From assembly GCA_963826115.1 (NCBI GenBank), contig CAWGVS010000005.1, forward strand, positions 1,984,001 through 2,048,000: a DNA stretch of 64,000 nucleotides. Direction: 5' to 3'. Below are positions 19,626 to 29,723 of this stretch, one piece after another (the stretch's first letter is position 1; the number at the start of each line of letters is the position of its first letter). Both the position numbers and the translations under genes were made by a program. Under the pieces are notes generated by a model. That model was not told the origin of the DNA, made no database searches, and saw only the letters and a list, made by a program, of their open reading frames with translations. The DNA is from an uncultured Candidatus Rokubacteria bacterium (GTDB lineage Bacteria > Methylomirabilota > Methylomirabilia > Rokubacteriales > DASRDR01).

Positions 19626-21030
19626 TCAGGGTGCCGGCTCGGGGGACGATTCGCCCGCGACGGCCCGCGAGCGGAGACCGTAGCGGACCATCTTCTCCCA
19701 GAGGTTCTTGTTGTCCATGTCGGCGTGACGCGCGCGCGGCGGAGAGCTTGCCGCCGTGGAGCCCGAGGACGCCCGCCACGTACGCCCGCTCGAACTCCTC
19801 GACGACGCGCGCCTTCGCCTCGCGGAAGGGCAGCGTCAGGTCGACGACGGCCTGGTCCGCGCCGTTCGGCGCCAGGAATGGCGCCACGTCGGCGATCACG
19901 TCTTCGCGCGCGATGATGACCGCGCGCTCGACGACGTTCTCGAGCTCCCGTGCGTTCCCGGGCCAGGGATAGCGGACCAGGGCCTCGAGGGCGGCGGGGG
20001 CGAAGCTCCGGACGTTCTTCTTGCACCGCCGGGCGCTCTCGACGAGAAAGTGCGCGGCGAGGGGCGGGATGTCCTCGACTCTCTCGCGGAGCGGGGGAAC
20101 GCGGAGCGGGAACACGGAGAGTCGGTAGAACAGGTCTCGCCGGAACGCTCCGCTCTCCACGGCCTCCCGGAGGTCCTGGTTCGTGGTCGCGATGAACCGG
20201 ACGTCGATGTCGACCGGACGCTCGGCGCCGATCGGTGTGATCTTCTTCTCCTCGATCGCCCGCAGCAGCTTCGACTGGAGGGCGAGCGGCATCTCGCCGA
20301 TCTCGTCGAGGAGGAGCGTGCCGCCGCTCGCCACCTGGAAATGCCCCCGCCGCGGCTCGGAAGCGCCGGTGAAGGCGCCGCGCCGGTATCCGAAGAGCTC
20401 CGACTCGAACAGCTCCTCGGGAATCGCGGCGCAGTTGACGGCGACGAACGTCTTGTCGCGTCGCGGCCCGGCGAAGTGGAGGGTCCGCGCGAGCAGCTCC
20501 TTACCGACGCCCGTCTCGCCGTGAATCAGCACGGTGGTGTCCAGCTGCGCGACCTCGCTCAGGAGCGCCATGATGTCGAGCATCTTGGGGCTCTTGGCCA
20601 CGAGGTTCGTCAAGGTGAACCGCTCCAGGTTCCGTCGGAGCGACTGCCGGCGCTGGGCGCGAAGCTCGCGGAACTCGAGCGCCCGTCGCAGGACCAGGAG
20701 GATCTCGTCCGGCTCGAACGGCTTGACCAGGTAGTCCTCGGCCCCCAGCCGGGTGGCCTCGACCGCGGCGCCGATGGTGCCGTAGGCGGTCATCACGACC
20801 ACGCCGATCTCCGGGTGCTCCGTCTTCAGCTGGCGAACGACCTGGACGCCGTCCATGCCCGGCAGGCGCTGGTCGGTCAGCGCGAGGTCGACGTCCTCGC
20901 GCTTGAGGAGGTCCAGCGCCTCCTCGCCGCTGGAAGCGGTCAGGACCTCGAAGCCCTCGAGCTCGAGGGCGCGCCGCAGGGGGCGCAGGAAGACCTCGTC
21001 ATCCTCGACGATCAGCACTCGCCGCTTCAT
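19626..21030 (-). CDS. NtrC-family sigma54-dependent response regulator; frameshift in the Fis HTH near 19735
   Basis: REC domain, GETGVGKE, ESELFG, GAFTGA, LLLDEIGE, WPGNAREL. The HTH continues in another frame as ARHADMDNKNLWEKMVRYGL to a TGA at 19626. Confidence 0.9.
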
Positions 21031-23987
21031 CCAGCACTCCCGCCGGGAGAGCAATCACCACGCGCGTCCCCCGCCCCGGCTCCGAGGTGACACGGATCTC
21101 GCCCGCGTGCAGGTCCACGATCTTCTTGACGATGGCCAGGCCGAGCCCGGTGCCCGTCGGCTTCGTCGTGTAGAACGGCAGAAACATCCGCTCTCGCTCC
21201 TCGAACGTCATCCCGATCCCGTTGTCGGCGACCTCGAACACGACCTGCCCGTCGAATCCCCGGCAGGTGACCTCGACGCGGCCGCCGGGCCGCCGGTCGG
21301 CGGCGTCGATCGCGTTGTGAACGACGTTCATCAGCACCTGCCGAAGCCGGTGCCCGTCGACGTGCGCGACGACGACGCTCGGAAACGTGTGGCACGAGAG
21401 GGCGACCCCCCGGGTCCGCGCGTCGGGCTCCAGATGCCGCACCGCCTCGCGCATGATCCGCTCGACGTCGAACGGCTGGCGGTCCAGGCGCGTCTCCCGG
21501 GTGTAGTCGAGCAGGTGGCTCACGATGGACTCGATCTCGACAACCCCGGACCGCATGCTCTCCGTCATCTCCCGCGAGAGCGCGTCGCCGCCGTGCTTCG
21601 AGAGGACCGCCATGGCCATCTTGATCCCGCCCAGCGGGTTCCGGATCTCGTGGGCAACGCCCGCCGCCATCTGGCCGAGCGACGCGAGCGTCTCCTGCTG
21701 GATCAGCCGCCGCTGGAGCTCGTAGCTGCTCGGTGAGGTCGCGCAGCACGCCGACGGTGCCCAGGACCTGCCCGCCCGGATCGACGATCGGCGTGACGGC
21801 CAGGTGCGCCGGCAGATCCCGCGCGGATCGCGTCCGCACCCTGACCTCCCCCTTCCAGGCGTAGGCGCCGCTGAACGCCTGGCCCGCGTGGCCACTGGAC
21901 CGGCCCGTGCCGAGGAGCTCCCACCAGTGCGCCCCGGCCAGCTCGGCCTGCGAGGCGCCGAAGAGGCGTTCCCCGGCCGGGTTCACGGTCACCAGGCGCC
22001 CGCTGGTGTCCGTCGTGACGATGCAGTCGTCCACGCTCCGCACCACGCTCGCCAGCAGCCGCTCGTTGTGCCGCGCCTCCTCTTCGGTCGTCTGGAGGGA
22101 GTGGCGGAGCTCCTGGAACGACTCCACGAGGCGCTCCGCCTCGCCCGTCGACAGCGTGAAGCGGTCCTCCACGATGAAGCGCGCCGCCGCCGCCCCGAGC
22201 GATGCCGCGAGGCGCTTTTCCAGCCGGATGCGGATCTCGAGGAGCTCGGGAGGCGTGAGCTCGTCCGGCGCCTTGGTGCCCAGCACCTCCCCGGTGATGA
22301 CGGCCGCCTCGGGCCCGCCCACGTAGTGATGGACGATGCGCTCGATCTCCCGGGGCGTGAGGATGGCTCCGACGGGCGTGGTCGGAGCGCCAGGAAAGCG
22401 CCCGGTGAAGGCCGCCGCCTGGAGCCGCTCCTCCGCGTCCTGGCGGGTGGCCAGCGAGACGAAGATGTAGCCGGCCAAGTTCGCCAGCAGGGACCAGAAG
22501 AGCCCGTGGCTCAGCGAGTCGAGCCCCGCGAGGCCGAACAGCTCGGTCGGGCGCAGCCAGGCTTGCCCGAACAGCCCCGATTCCAGGATCGACGACCCCA
22601 CCACGCCTTCCTTCACCAGCACCGGGACGATCAGCGTGTAGAACCAGAGCCCGAAGCCGGCAGAGATGCCCGTGACCGCGCCGCGCCGGTTCCCACGCGG
22701 CCAGACGAGCCCGAGCAGGATCGCCGGCGCGCACTGCGTCACCGCGACGAAGGAGAGCAGGCCCATCTCGACCAGCAGGAAGCGGCCGGCCGCCAGCGAC
22801 GTCCAGCCGTACCCCAGAAACACCACCAGCAGGATGCACAGACGCATCGAGCGGAGGCTCGCGCGGTAGATGTCCCGGCTCCGATTGCGGAGCAGGATCG
22901 GGACGATGATGTCGTTCGTCAGCATCTTCGACAGCGCGAGTGAGTCGACCACGATCATCGCGGTCGCCGCCGAGAAGCCTCCGAGGAACACGAGGATCGA
23001 CAGCGCCGGACTGCCGGCCGACATCGGCAGGAGCAGCACGAACTGGTCCGCTTGCGTGCGCGGCAGCGTCAACAGCCCGGCGATCGCGATCGGAAGGACG
23101 AACAAGTTGATGAGGAAGAGGTAGAGCGGGAACATCCACGACACGGCGGCCACGTGCCGCTCGTCCTGGTTCTGCACCACGAGGACGTGGAACTGCCGCG
23201 GCAGGAACATGACGGCCATCATCGAGACGATCAGCATCGCCGCCCAGCGCGAGAAGGACGCCGCCGGCGACTCGCCGAGGGTGACCAGCCGGCCGAGGGC
23301 GGGATCGGCGAGGAGCCGGCCGAACAGGTCGCCGAATCCGCCGAAGAGGACCCACGTCACGTAGGCGCCGGCCGTGAGAAACGCGAGCAGCTTGACGACC
23401 GATTCGACGGCGACCGCGGTCAGCAGGCCTCGCTGGGCCCGGGTGAAGTCCGGGTTGCGCGCGCCGAACAGGATGCCGAAGAGGCCCAGGACGACCGCCA
23501 CCAGGAGCGTGGGGTCGAACCGGTCCAGGATCGCTTCCTGCTGGAGCATCACCTTGAAGGACTGGGACACCGCCTGCAACTGGAGCGCGATGTACGGGAT
23601 CAGGCCGACCACGACGAGGCCGGCCACGAGAGCGCCGAGCGGGGCGGACTTGCCGTACCGGCTCGAGATGAAGTCCGAGATGGAGGTGATCCGCTGCTCT
23701 TTGGCGATCCGGACGAGGCGTCGGAGCAGGATCGGCCAGAGGAGCGCGATCAGCGCCGGGCCCAGGTAGATGGTCAGGAACTCGAGCCCCTGGTTGGCGG
23801 CGAGGCCCACGCTCCCGTAGAAGGTCCACGCCGTGCAGTACACCGACGCGGTGAGGACGTAGGTGAGCATCTGGAGCCGCGGTCGCTCCAGCCGCCGCGT
23901 GCGCTCCGCCCAGTAGGCGACCCCGAACAGGAAGAGCAGGTAGCCGACGACGATCGAGAGGAGCGGGCCGTAGCGGAGCCAGCTCAT
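20999..23987 (-). CDS. CbrA/CrbS-type SSS-(STAC)-PAS-histidine kinase; frameshift near 21722
   Basis: VYCTAWTFYGSVG, LPRQFH, FSAATAMI, PAS domain. H-box LGQMAAGVAHEIRNPL, N-box, DNGIG and GTGLGL lie in the adjacent frame. Confidence 0.88.
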
Positions 23988-24000
23988 CGCAGCCGCTCCC

Positions 24001-24195
24001 TCACCAGTTCGAGTCCCGTCCGCCCGCGAGCCAGAAGAGGACCCCGATGATCCCCGCCCACACCAGGAACAGGTACAGGACCAGGGACGGAATACCGAAG
24101 ACCGCCACCGGCCGATTGACCACGGTCAGGAAGGGCCAGGACAGGAGGATCAGGCCCAGCGCAAACAGGGCAACGAGGAGATCCTTGCTCTTCAT
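24001..24195 (-). CDS. Small 2-TM protein upstream of the SSS-kinase
   Basis: MKSKDLLVALFALGLILLSWPFL..VFGIPSLVLYLFLVW, 64 aa, 13 nt upstream of the kinase start. Confidence 0.7.
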   Translation of the reverse strand: MKSKDLLVALFALGLILLSWPFLTVVNRPVAVFGIPSLVLYLFLVWAGIIGVLFWLAGGRDSNW

Positions 24196-24381
24196 CGAGT
24201 TCCCCGGGCGCCACCGGCGCCGGTAGGTCGGGGGGATTATAGGCTCCCGCCCCGGGCGTGACCAGACGCGCTGGGTCGACTCCTCCCCGCGCGGGACCGT
24301 CCCGGCGCAGGGAAAGAGGCCCGTCGGATCGATCCGAGCACGCCGTACCCCCCGGCGCGGTCGCGAGTATACTGACTGTGC

Positions 24382-26610
24382 ATGCGCTTCAATCTGCGCC
24401 TGCTGACGGCCATTTGGCTGTCGGTCGTCGTCGTTCTCGGGGCGTTCGCGTACGTCTCGGTCGAGCGGGAGCGCACCCGTCTGTCCACCGAGCTCGAGCG
24501 TCGCTCGTGGCTGCTCGGCGAGGGGCTCAAGGAGGCCGTGGAGCCCCTCATCGACCGCGGTCCGCGCGGGCAGATCCAGCGCATCGTCGAGCGCTTCGGG
24601 AGCTCGGCGCGCGGGGTCGCCGTGTACGACCGATCCGGCGCGCTCGTCGCGGCGACGTCCCAGTGGGCGTCCCTTCTGCAGGCGCCCCTGCCGGCCGTGC
24701 CCCTGGCGCTCGCCGATATCGCGCCCAAGCAGGGCTTCCAGACCATCCGAGACCGCCAGACCTACTACTACGCGGTGCCCCTCGTCAGCGACAACCGGGC
24801 CCGCGGCGTACTCGTCATCCTGTCGGACGCCACCCACATCGACCGCGCGCGATGGGAGCTGGCGCAGCAGCACCTCATCCGCTTCGCCGTGCTCGTGGCC
24901 CTGCTGAGCCTGGTCACGATGCTCGTCGTGCGCCGCAGCGTGACACACCCGTTGAATCGTCTGGCCGAGTGGGCGCGTCAGCTCCGGGCCGGCCAGCCCG
25001 ACCCGCCGCCGCCGATGTCCGATCCGGATCTGTTCGGGCCCCTGGCCTCCGAGGTGCGGGACCTCGCCCGAAGCCTGGCCAAGGCGCGGGTGGCGATCGC
25101 CGAGGAGGCGCGCCTGCGTCTCCGGGGCGAGGCGGTGTGGACCGAGGAGCGGCTCACCCAGTTCGCGCGGGCCCGGCTCGGGGAGCGGCCCCTGGTCGTG
25201 GTCTCGAACCGAGAGCCGGTGAGCCACGTGCGGCGCGGGCGCGCGATCGTCCCCTTGACGCCGGCGAGCGGCGTCGTCACCGCGATGGAGCCCATCATGC
25301 GCGCGTGCGGCGGCGTCTGGGTCGCCCACGGCAGCGGTGACGCCGACCGCGACGTCGTCGACGAGCGCAGCATGGTGCGCCTGCCGCCGGACGCGCCTCG
25401 ATACGCGCTGAAGCGGCTGTGGCTCTCGGAGGAGGAGGAGACCGGCTACTACTACGGGTTTGCGAACGAGGGCCTGTGGCCGCTCTGCCACATCGTCCAC
25501 GCGCGGCCGATCTTCCGCCCCGAGGACTGGCGCCAGTACGAGGCCGTCAACCAGAAGTTCGCCGACGCCGTGCTCGAGGTGATCGCCGAAACGGACGACC
25601 CGGCCGTCCTGATCCAGGACTATCACTTCGCCCTCCTGCCGCGTCTGATCAAGGAGAAGCGCCCGGATGCCCACGTCGCGCTCTTCTGGCACATCCCGTG
25701 GCCCAACGCGGAGGCGTTCGGCATCTGCCCGTGGCAGACGGAGATCCTCGACGGGATGCTCGGCGCCGATCTGGTCGGGTTCCACACGCAGTTCCACTGC
25801 AACAACTTCCTCGAGACGGTGGACCGGGTCGTCGAGGCCCGGATCGACTGGGAGCACTTCTCGGTCGCGCGGAACCAACGCGTCACGCTCGTCAAGCCGT
25901 TTCCGATCAGCGTCGCTCCCCGTTTCGTCGACGAGCCCCCCAGCACCAGCCGGGCCGCGCTCATGGCGGAGCTCGGCATCGACGTGGAGTTCCTGGGCGT
26001 GGGGGTCGAGCGCATCGACTACACCAAGGGCCTCCCGGAGCGATTCGCCGCGATCCGCCGCTTCTTCGCGCAGCACCCCGAGTATCACGGGCGGCTGACG
26101 TTCGTCCAGCTCGCCGCGCCGAGCCGGAGCCGCATCACGCGCTACCACGCCCTCGAGGAGGAGCTCGACCAGCTGGCCGGCCAGATCAACGGCGAGCTCG
26201 GGAGCGGGAGCTGGCGGCCCATCGTCCTCCTCAAGGGCCACCACGACCACCGGGACGTCTGGCCGTTCTACCGCTGGGCGGACTTCGTGATGGTGACGTC
26301 GCTCCACGACGGCATGAACCTCGTCGCCAAGGAGTTCGTGTCCGTCCGGGACGACGGCGACGGCGTGCTCATCCTGAGCCGGTTCACCGGCGCCGCCCGG
26401 GAGCTCCGCGACGCCCTGCTCGTCAATCCCTACGACGTCGACGAGATGGCCGAGGCGATCCGCAGCGCCATCGAGATGCCGCCCGGCGAGCGGCGAAGCC
26501 GCATGGCGCGGATGCGCCAGACCGTGCGCGAGCACAACATCTACCGCTGGGCCGGTCTCCTGCTGGGCGAGCTCGCGCGGCTGCCCGGCCAATCCGATCT
26601 CGCCGACTGA
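24382..26610 (+). CDS. otsA: Trehalose-6-phosphate synthase (GT20) with N-terminal TM-extracytoplasmic sensor-TM-HAMP module
   Basis: [51 protein letters not shown] and LVNPYD, preceded by two TMs and a HAMP-like segment. Confidence 0.92.
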   Translation: MRFNLRLLTAIWLSVVVVLGAFAYVSVERERTRLSTELERRSWLLGEGLKEAVEPLIDRGPRGQIQRIVERFGSSARGVAVYDRSGALVAATSQWASLLQAPLPAVPLALADIAPKQGFQTIRDRQTYYYAVPLVSDNRARGVLVILSDATHIDRARWELAQQHLIRFAVLVALLSLVTMLVVRRSVTHPLNRLAEWARQLRAGQPDPPPPMSDPDLFGPLASEVRDLARSLAKARVAIAEEARLRLRGEAVWTEERLTQFARARLGERPLVVVSNREPVSHVRRGRAIVPLTPASGVVTAMEPIMRACGGVWVAHGSGDADRDVVDERSMVRLPPDAPRYALKRLWLSEEEETGYYYGFANEGLWPLCHIVHARPIFRPEDWRQYEAVNQKFADAVLEVIAETDDPAVLIQDYHFALLPRLIKEKRPDAHVALFWHIPWPNAEAFGICPWQTEILDGMLGADLVGFHTQFHCNNFLETVDRVVEARIDWEHFSVARNQRVTLVKPFPISVAPRFVDEPPSTSRAALMAELGIDVEFLGVGVERIDYTKGLPERFAAIRRFFAQHPEYHGRLTFVQLAAPSRSRITRYHALEEELDQLAGQINGELGSGSWRPIVLLKGHHDHRDVWPFYRWADFVMVTSLHDGMNLVAKEFVSVRDDGDGVLILSRFTGAARELRDALLVNPYDVDEMAEAIRSAIEMPPGERRSRMARMRQTVREHNIYRWAGLLLGELARLPGQSDLAD

Positions 26611-26646
26611 CCGGGGCCCCCCGACCGGGCCTGCCCTCTCCGCGCC

Positions 26647-27969
26647 GTGCGACTCCGTTTGGCGCTCGACCCCGCGCTGCGCCAGCTCCTGCGCAACGCG
26701 GGATGGCTCCTCCTCTCCGACGGCACCGTGCTGGTGGCCGGGCTCCTCGGAACGCTGGTCGCCGCCCGGGCGCTCGGCGCCGAGGAGTTCGGTCGCATCA
26801 CGCTCGTGTGGAGTGTCGTCGGGGTCGCGCACCTCCTGGTGGACGTTCGGGTCTGGGAAGCGGTCACCCGATACCTGACCGAGTTCACGAGCCGGCACCA
26901 GGCCGGGCTCGCGCTCGCCACCCTCAAGCTCGCGCTCCTCGTGGAAGGGGCGGTGGCGATCCTCGGCTTCGGCTTGGTGTGGCTCGCCTCTCCGTGGGTG
27001 GCGACCCGGCTCTTCAAGGATCCCTCCCTGCAGCCGCTCATCCTTCTGGGAGCGGTGACGCTGGTGGCGAGCGCCTTCGACCGGACGGCGCGCGCGGTGC
27101 TCCGGGTGTTCGACCGCTTCCGGATCCTCGGCTTCTGCTCGGCGATCGAGGCGCTGTTGAGCCTCGGCCTGGTGATCGCCGCCGTGACCGCCGGCGCCCG
27201 GGCGCGGGGCGTCCTCGTCGCTCATCTCGCCGCCGCCGCGGCGGGGGCCTTCCTGCTGCTGGTGGTGGCCGGCCGCGAAGTCCGCGCGAGGCTCTGGGCA
27301 GCGCGGGCATCGGCCCCGCTCGCCATCGTGAGCCCCTACCGGCGCGAGATGCTGGCCTTCGTCGGCTACAGCGCCGCCCGAGCATCGCTGAAAGTGGTGA
27401 CGCGGCGCCTCGATCTCCTGCTTCTCGGGCACTACCGGTCGCCGGCGGAAGTCGGGATGTACGGTGCCGCCTTGCGGCTGGCCCAGACCATGGAGGAGAT
27501 CAGCGATCCGCTGTACTTCGCCGCCTTTCCCCAGCTCGCCCGGGCCTGGGTGGAGGCGCGCGACGAGTTCTTCCGCCTCTTGCGCTCGATGGCGGCCGGC
27601 CTCGCGGTCCTCACCTCCGCGGTCGTGGCCGCGGGAGCGGTCGGAGCGCCGCTGATCGTCGCCCTCGCGCTGGGGCCGAGCTACGCGGCGTCCGTGGAAC
27701 CCCTTCGCCTGCTCCTGTTCGCCACCGGCGTCGCGGTCGCAACGCTCTGGGCTACTCCCGCGATGCTCGGGAGCGGACACCCCGCGGCGGCGACGGCGGC
27801 CGCGGCGGCCGGGGCGGCGTGCCTCGCCGTCCTGCTCGTGGCGCTCGTGCCGACATGGGGGGCCACGGGAGCAGGCTGGGCCCGCGTCGGCGGAGCACTC
27901 GGGTACCTGGCCGTGGTGCTGCCCTGGCTGGTCCGGGCCAGACGCCAAGCGTCGCGCGGTACGCGCTAG
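26647..27969 (+). CDS. Wzx-like oligosaccharide flippase (MOP superfamily)
   Basis: About 12 TM; ARALGAEEFG, LDLLLLG..AEVGMY, FPQLA. Confidence 0.85.
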   Translation: MRLRLALDPALRQLLRNAGWLLLSDGTVLVAGLLGTLVAARALGAEEFGRITLVWSVVGVAHLLVDVRVWEAVTRYLTEFTSRHQAGLALATLKLALLVEGAVAILGFGLVWLASPWVATRLFKDPSLQPLILLGAVTLVASAFDRTARAVLRVFDRFRILGFCSAIEALLSLGLVIAAVTAGARARGVLVAHLAAAAAGAFLLLVVAGREVRARLWAARASAPLAIVSPYRREMLAFVGYSAARASLKVVTRRLDLLLLGHYRSPAEVGMYGAALRLAQTMEEISDPLYFAAFPQLARAWVEARDEFFRLLRSMAAGLAVLTSAVVAAGAVGAPLIVALALGPSYAASVEPLRLLLFATGVAVATLWATPAMLGSGHPAAATAAAAAGAACLAVLLVALVPTWGATGAGWARVGGALGYLAVVLPWLVRARRQASRGTR

Positions 27970-28309
27970 CCCTGGAGCGCCCCGCAGCGAGCTCGCGGAC
28001 GTCGGCGGCGGAGGAGCAGTCCTTCACATGGTCGACCAGTGCGCCGAGCGGGTGGCCCGCGCGCTGCCTTCCGGCGCGCCGGCGGTGAGCCGGCCGAGGA
28101 TGGCCTGACCCCTCGGCGTGTCGAGATCGAGCTCGAAGAGCGTCTCGACCCGACGCGAGGCCGAGCCACTCGAGCCCGGCGATGGTCAGGCGACCGCCCT
28201 TGAAGCCGCCCTTGTCGTGGCTCACCAGGACCTTCTCCCCGCTGTCCAGCACGATTTGGCAGAACGCCCCCGCTTTCGGATCGCTCACGAACCGGCCAAC
28301 CTTGCCCAC
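27966..28309 (-). CDS. Hypothetical protein with several indels
   Basis: GGAGGTG RBS. Reads MGKVGRFVSDPKAGAFCQI..GLASG, then ETLFELDLDTPRGQAILGRL in another frame, then LGALVDHVKDC. Confidence 0.45.
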
Positions 28310-28524
28310 TGGTCACCTCCCGGTGCGGATCCGCACCGTCAATTGCGACGAGGCGCCGGAATCCGAGGATCAGCGACAGCGCGACCAGCAGCATGGCCGC
28401 GCCCAGGACGATCCCTTCCCAGCCTTGCGTGATCCGCATGTCGACGCTCCTTCGGGCAGATGGATGACAGCGGCGGCCGCGGTCGAAGGCCGCGACGCAT
28501 CGCCGGGAAGGGCCGAGAAGGAAG

Positions 28525-28829
28525 CTAGTGGTCTTCGGGGGAGAAGGCGCCCCGGGAATCCGGGGCGGCGCGCGGCGCACGGCGGGGAGCGGAGGCGGCG
28601 ACACCAACGCGAGCGGCCTCTCGAAGGTCCATCTGGTGGACAGCGCTCGTCGGGAACGCCGCGACGGGGACGCGCAGGGGCCGCAGCTGGCCACGCGGCT
28701 CGCGCCGTCCGATCTCGCGGAACGACCCGGATGGATCCCCCTGTCGAAGCTCACCGCCCCCGGCATCAGGGGGTTGGCGAAGTCGAGGGTCACGTAGAGC
28801 AAGCAGGCGAATCGGCCAGCCCTGCCGCA
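28525..28829 (-). CDS. Small hypothetical protein, frameshifted
   Basis: Segments MRQGWPIRLL / LYVTLDFANPLMPGAVSF / FSPEDH* lie in different frames. Confidence 0.35.
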
Positions 28830-28895
28830 TCCCGGACAATCCTAGCACCCGCCCGGCACCGGCGCGGCTGATCAGTCGGAAGACCGCCCGGAAGA

Positions 28896-29501
28896 TCACG
28901 GCGCGGCGGGAAGCCCGAGCGTCGCCCGGAGGTCGGCGGCCAGAGGCACCGAGCGCCTCCGGCTCGTACCGCGCCCGGATCCTGCCGGCCGCGTCGATGA
29001 ACGTCACCGCGCAGCCCGCCTCGACGCGCTCACCCGCCCGCCGAACTTCGATCGCGTAGCGGTGCGTGACGACGTCGACCTGCCCAGCCCGGTCCTCGGT
29101 AAGCAGGATCCACGCGGGTGCCCGGAGGCCGTGAGCCCGCCGAACTCCCGCAGCACGGTCGCCGAGTCACGAGCGGGATCGACCGTCACCAGCACGAAGA
29201 AGACGCGGCGTCCCGGAGCGTCTCCGAGCCGCCGCGCGACATCCGAGAGTCTCGGCACGACATCCGGGCAGGCCCCGCAGGTCGTGCAGCCGAAAGCGAG
29301 GACGACTGCTCGGCCCCGGAGCTGCGTGAGCCAGAGCCGGTCGTTCTGCTGCGTGGTCAGGGCGAAGTTCGGCGCGGAGCTGCCGGGCGCCGGCGGCGGT
29401 GCCGTCGCGGCCTCGCCGGACGCCACTGACGCCCACGCCGCGGCCACCAGCAGGATCGTCAGGCGGATGCGCGAACCGCACGTGATCGCTCGGGGTGCCA
29501 T
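28896..29501 (-). CDS. SCO1/SenC-like thioredoxin-fold protein; frameshifts near 29138 and 28945
   Basis: Signal peptide, APNFALT, CTTCGACP, VTVDPARD. Continues as WILLTE..FIDAAGRIRARY and LAADLRATLGLPAAP* in shifted frames. Confidence 0.7.
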
Positions 29502-29567
29502 CGATTCCTCGGGGATTCGGGCTCAGCATCTCCGCTCGGCATCCGACACGCAAGAGGGCCGTCTTCT

Positions 29568-29596
29568 TTGACAGCGCACGACCCCCCGAGTAGGCT
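29568..29596 (+). promoter_or_regulatory. Sigma70 promoter for the DUF169-URO-D gene
   Basis: TTGACA-17 nt-TAGGCT. Confidence 0.7.
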
Positions 29597-29602
29597 CGGA
29601 CC

Positions 29603-29723
29603 TGACGGAAACGGCCGCGCGAGACCCTCCCGGTAGCACCATGGCGCTTTCACAGAGTGCTCCGGGGGCGACGCCTGAAGTCTCCCCGGTCTCGAACGAC
29701 TGCCACGTCTCGGAGGACATCGC
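29603..29723 (+). promoter_or_regulatory. Structured 5' leader, candidate cis-regulatory RNA
   Basis: Nested and mutually exclusive stems, one overlapping the GGAGGA Shine-Dalgarno. Confidence 0.4.

Noticed and set aside
24001-27948. 1315-aa minus-strand ORF and many other long antisense or alternate-frame ORFs (e.g. 2264-4228, 12804-14768, 43921-45915, 53021-54931, 60349-62580)
   Set aside because: Shadow ORFs of real genes in high-GC DNA, Arg/Gly/Pro-rich and without motifs. Only the last 64 codons of 24001..27948 look like a real gene.
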